Both the position numbers and the translations under genes were made by a program. A stretch of DNA of 64,000 nucleotides from positions 3,472,001-3,536,000 of the forward strand of contig CM102286.1 of assembly GCA_046563655.1 (NCBI GenBank), given 5' to 3'. The notes under the pieces are model-generated. The model saw nothing but the letters and a program-made list of their open reading frames with translations, made no database searches and was not told the DNA's origin. Origin of the DNA: Yuukianura sp. NJ FZ-2021 (Eukaryota). How positions within the stretch are numbered: the first letter of the stretch is position 1; every line of letters begins with the position of its first letter. Positions 60,685-64,000 of the stretch are shown here, piece after piece.

Positions 60685-63600
60685 ATTGAAGATTTGGTTT
60701 TGGTTTGTTTGTTTGTGTGTTTGGAAGCTCTAAAAGTGACTGATATCGTTTTGGATCAAAGTGGTCTCCTTTTATTGTAAAATCGTAACCATGGAGAAGG
60801 ACAAATTTGGGTGATGATTCTATCAGGTTAGGTGCATAAGGTTAGCTAACCCTTTGTTCCTATTGTAATTGCTAATTAGGTTTGTTGGTTTTGGTTGGCT
60901 AGTGTTAAGTTACACAGGCAAAGAGATCAGGTAGTTTCTTGAATTTCCTGCATTTTGCCCCCCAATGCCCCCTCCATATGCCACTTGAAAGTATAACAAT
61001 TTCAATTCTGCGTAAAACAGAAATTTATTAATGTGCTGCTGAAGTTATTGTCTGGGGTGATTCAAAATGGGTGGCCGAAGACATTGAAGTTGTTCTAAAT
61101 TTTGTGTTTGAGTGACATTTGGTTCATGTCAATCAAAATGGTGTCAGTGTCTCAATATGTCTCTGCAGGTCATTCGAATTTTGCTGATGTAATGGATGCT
61201 TAGAATGTTGAGTTCCGTCAGTTGAAGAGGGAACCACTGCCGTACATTTACATAAACATGATACAATTTCCTTCAAATAAACACCTTTTTGTGTAAAATG
61301 GATTGTGTTAATTGGTATTCAGGTCTTCTTTGTAAAATATGAACCTGTTTCCGTTGCGTATCACATGTAGTTAGTGTCGTAAATGGACACAGGCGCAGAT
61401 CAAGTCATTGTAGCTTAAAAGTCATACGAATCTACAAATCCGTCTGCTGCAAATCGTTCGTTTTTCAAATCAAGTTTTCAAGTCAAGAATACAATTCGAC
61501 GTCAAAATTGTGGAGTCTGTTTTTCGCTTGTGGTTTTGTGTAATTGGCTCAATTTGGCTTCAGTTTTTGATGCAACCTAGCTGAATGCTAAAGGAAAGCG
61601 TGCGTACGCCGCAGTTACGCGAAATATGCTTAACTACGTTAAAGAATTTTTTTTTTGTATAACTTTCATTTGGATATGCAATAGATAGAGAAGTAAGCGG
61701 TTTATTGGAAGGTTTTTGAGAAAATTGAAATTAATTTTCGACTCACATGTTTTTCATCTAAATTTAAAAAAAAGGTTTTCCAACCTTACGTAATTTTTAT
61801 GCACTCAAAGTTCGTACTAGTGTCCGCTACATGTCTTGTATTCGCGTGATTACTTTTGTGCGCTATTTCCAAGTTATAACAAAGAATGTGTACAACGCCA
61901 AATTTTTTTTTGAAAACCAACCTGATTTGATTTGACACATACAATTGCAACCCAAGCGCCTTCGAAAACTGTCACATATAAAAGCAAACAACTTGTGCAA
62001 TAAAATTTTAATTTCATTGACACTTTGTAGTCATTGGAATTCAAACAATGAAAGTTACTCATCTCTTGAGCATCTTTTCAATTTCATTGGTTGGAGCGCG
62101 TTGAAACTAAAGATGTCGACCATGGAGACACTATTCGAAACTGGTTTTTGGACCATTTAAAAAAATTGTTTGCGGAACTAATCAAGAGTTGAGTTGCTGG
62201 AATTGGATTTCATTGTTAAAATTAATTGGGCTATAATTTAAATTACATTGACCGCGCCTTTTCGCCAACTTGGAATTGTATTCTGTTTATCCTCCTCCAA
62301 GCAATTAAACTAAACTTGTAATTAAAAATAAACGAAACAGCCGAATGTTTACTCTTCCGCCATTTAGTGAATCTAGTTTTGTATCTTTTTGAACTACAGA
62401 AAAAAGACTATAGATTGATAGGTCATGCGTGTTGCGTACAGGGTTTGAGGAAAGACAAATCTTAAGTAACCTACGAATTACGTACACGCATATGCTTTCA
62501 GTCGTGAATTCAAAATTGGATTCAATAAGGTCAAGCCTAACGTAAATCAATACGTAACACTTCCTGTTTCAATTCTAACTTGATTATGATTATTGCCAAA
62601 ACAGCTAAAGTAAGCAGGAAGGTGGGCAGAAGAAGGATTGAATTTGGGCAATAAATCAAGCTTTGTAAATCAAAATTTACGAATTGTGAATCCGTGATTA
62701 CTAAAACCAGAAATGCAAAATCAAGTCAATGCAATTCAGGCAGAGAGGTTGTTGTGATGCTATCATCATTTGACTACAGTTATGAATCATCTATAACAAA
62801 TCGTTTAAGGTAGGTAAAAGTAATTACAGATACTTCCTAGTCGGTCATCTTGTTTGTGAATCTGGCAAAAAGCAACAATAATTTGAATTAGAAGTTAGAT
62901 GTAAAAAATATGGCAGTATTTCATCGTCTTCGAAGTCCCCACGACGTCGTAACACGAGCACGTAAGTTGTACATTGAAATTCATTTTTGAATTACAAATT
63001 TTTGTTTTTGCCTCTAGTTTTTCAGCATTTTGTAGCCTAAGTGCACAGAAATTGAAAATAATTGTTGTTTAGGACAAGGTCGCAGCCAGGATACTTAAAA
63101 GTTAAGTTTACTATTTACTTGTGTATAAATTTCTGTTCATGCGTAAATACACTTGTGGTTGATTTCGAACTTTTTTTTTCGAAGTTTCAGTGAACAAAGG
63201 GAAGGAATAGTTCTTGAAATTTTTTCTTCTTAGATAAATTGTATTGTGTAAATTCTCAGCAATTTTGGTTAAGTTCATTGCCGCCATCATCTAAAAGATT
63301 AAAGTTTAAGGCCTTTTCACACTAGAGTAACCTCACTGCCTGGGAAGGTCGCAACCAATTAGAAAATCAGAAGCGACAAGTATCATTGTTATGTAAACTG
63401 AAGGGCATCAACACCAAAAAACAATTTGTGTGTACGTACTTCTTGAAAGATTGTCATTGTCGTTCCAATGGTTGATTTAAAAATTAAGACAAAAGAATTT
63501 AACAAATTTAGAAGTTATCCTCAGAACTGCATGTTAGAATCGATTGTGGGAAAAAAACCGGAAGTCTTCCGCACGCTTCACAATTTTTGAAGAAATTCTT

Positions 63601-64000
63601 TGAATAATCCAAATGCCTAGTACTCTAATGTACAACTTTACTTTACAGCTAAAAGATAAGTAGCACTTTGCCCAAATCAGTTTTGAAGCAGAATTTAGTA
63701 ACGTAAATGATTCAAAGTTTTGAAGTAAATAATGTGATCAATTTCGTCAACATAGTTCAGTAGTCCATTTTGATTTGTCATGAATGCCGCCGTGAATGGG
63801 GTAAATTGAAATGGATTTAGAGTGATTATGATGCTTTACCAACGGAATAATCACGCCATCTTGCGTGATTTTATGGCGTTTATATGTCCATTCGCTACGT
63901 TCACGAAAATTTGGAATAAAATCGGATAGAACTTCTATGTTCAATCCTTTTGATTTGACAAAGATGGATAGATTTACTAGCACAAAAGTGAGTTTACTAA

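Noticed and set aside
60800..64000. Short ORFs in the last 3 kb (61874-62160, 62305-62550, 63747-63983)
   Set aside because: They have no recognisable motifs or consistent exon chain and are treated as intergenic. The last could be the tail of an off-window gene.

Overview
This is AT-rich, intron-dense eukaryotic genomic DNA with mostly 55-90 nt GT-AG introns. The gene content (clip-type serine protease homolog, GMC oxidoreductases, GR-like receptor, Gly/Tyr-rich secreted protein, intron-containing microbial-type enzymes) points to an arthropod, most plausibly a springtail (Collembola). That taxon call is inference. About 18 protein-coding genes can be assembled: copine (3' end off-window), two small membrane-protein ORFs, two arrestin-domain paralogs flanking AKAP17A, a galectin, two tandem GMC oxidoreductases, an MMP, a PPAF-like protease homolog, a bacterial-type cyclopropane fatty acid synthase, a secreted single-C2 protein, a Baeyer-Villiger monooxygenase with a deleted, frameshifted duplicate, a very large ZNF292/RLF-like protein, a GR-like receptor, a PhnW-type AEP transaminase, Cdc25 and a Gly/Tyr-rich protein. 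The most striking observation is a Mutator-like MITE inside the AKAP17A coding sequence. The reading frame is restored exactly if the element plus one decayed target-site duplication is spliced out as a non-canonical GG-AG intron, making it a candidate introner. Other highlights are an EnSpm/CMC-type element with a spliced accessory gene just inside copine intron 1, tandem Helentron/DINE-1-like elements, candidate horizontally acquired enzymes, GMC paralogs lacking the catalytic His, and a shared forkhead+CRE promoter module. All gene models were assembled by eye and no database searches were run.
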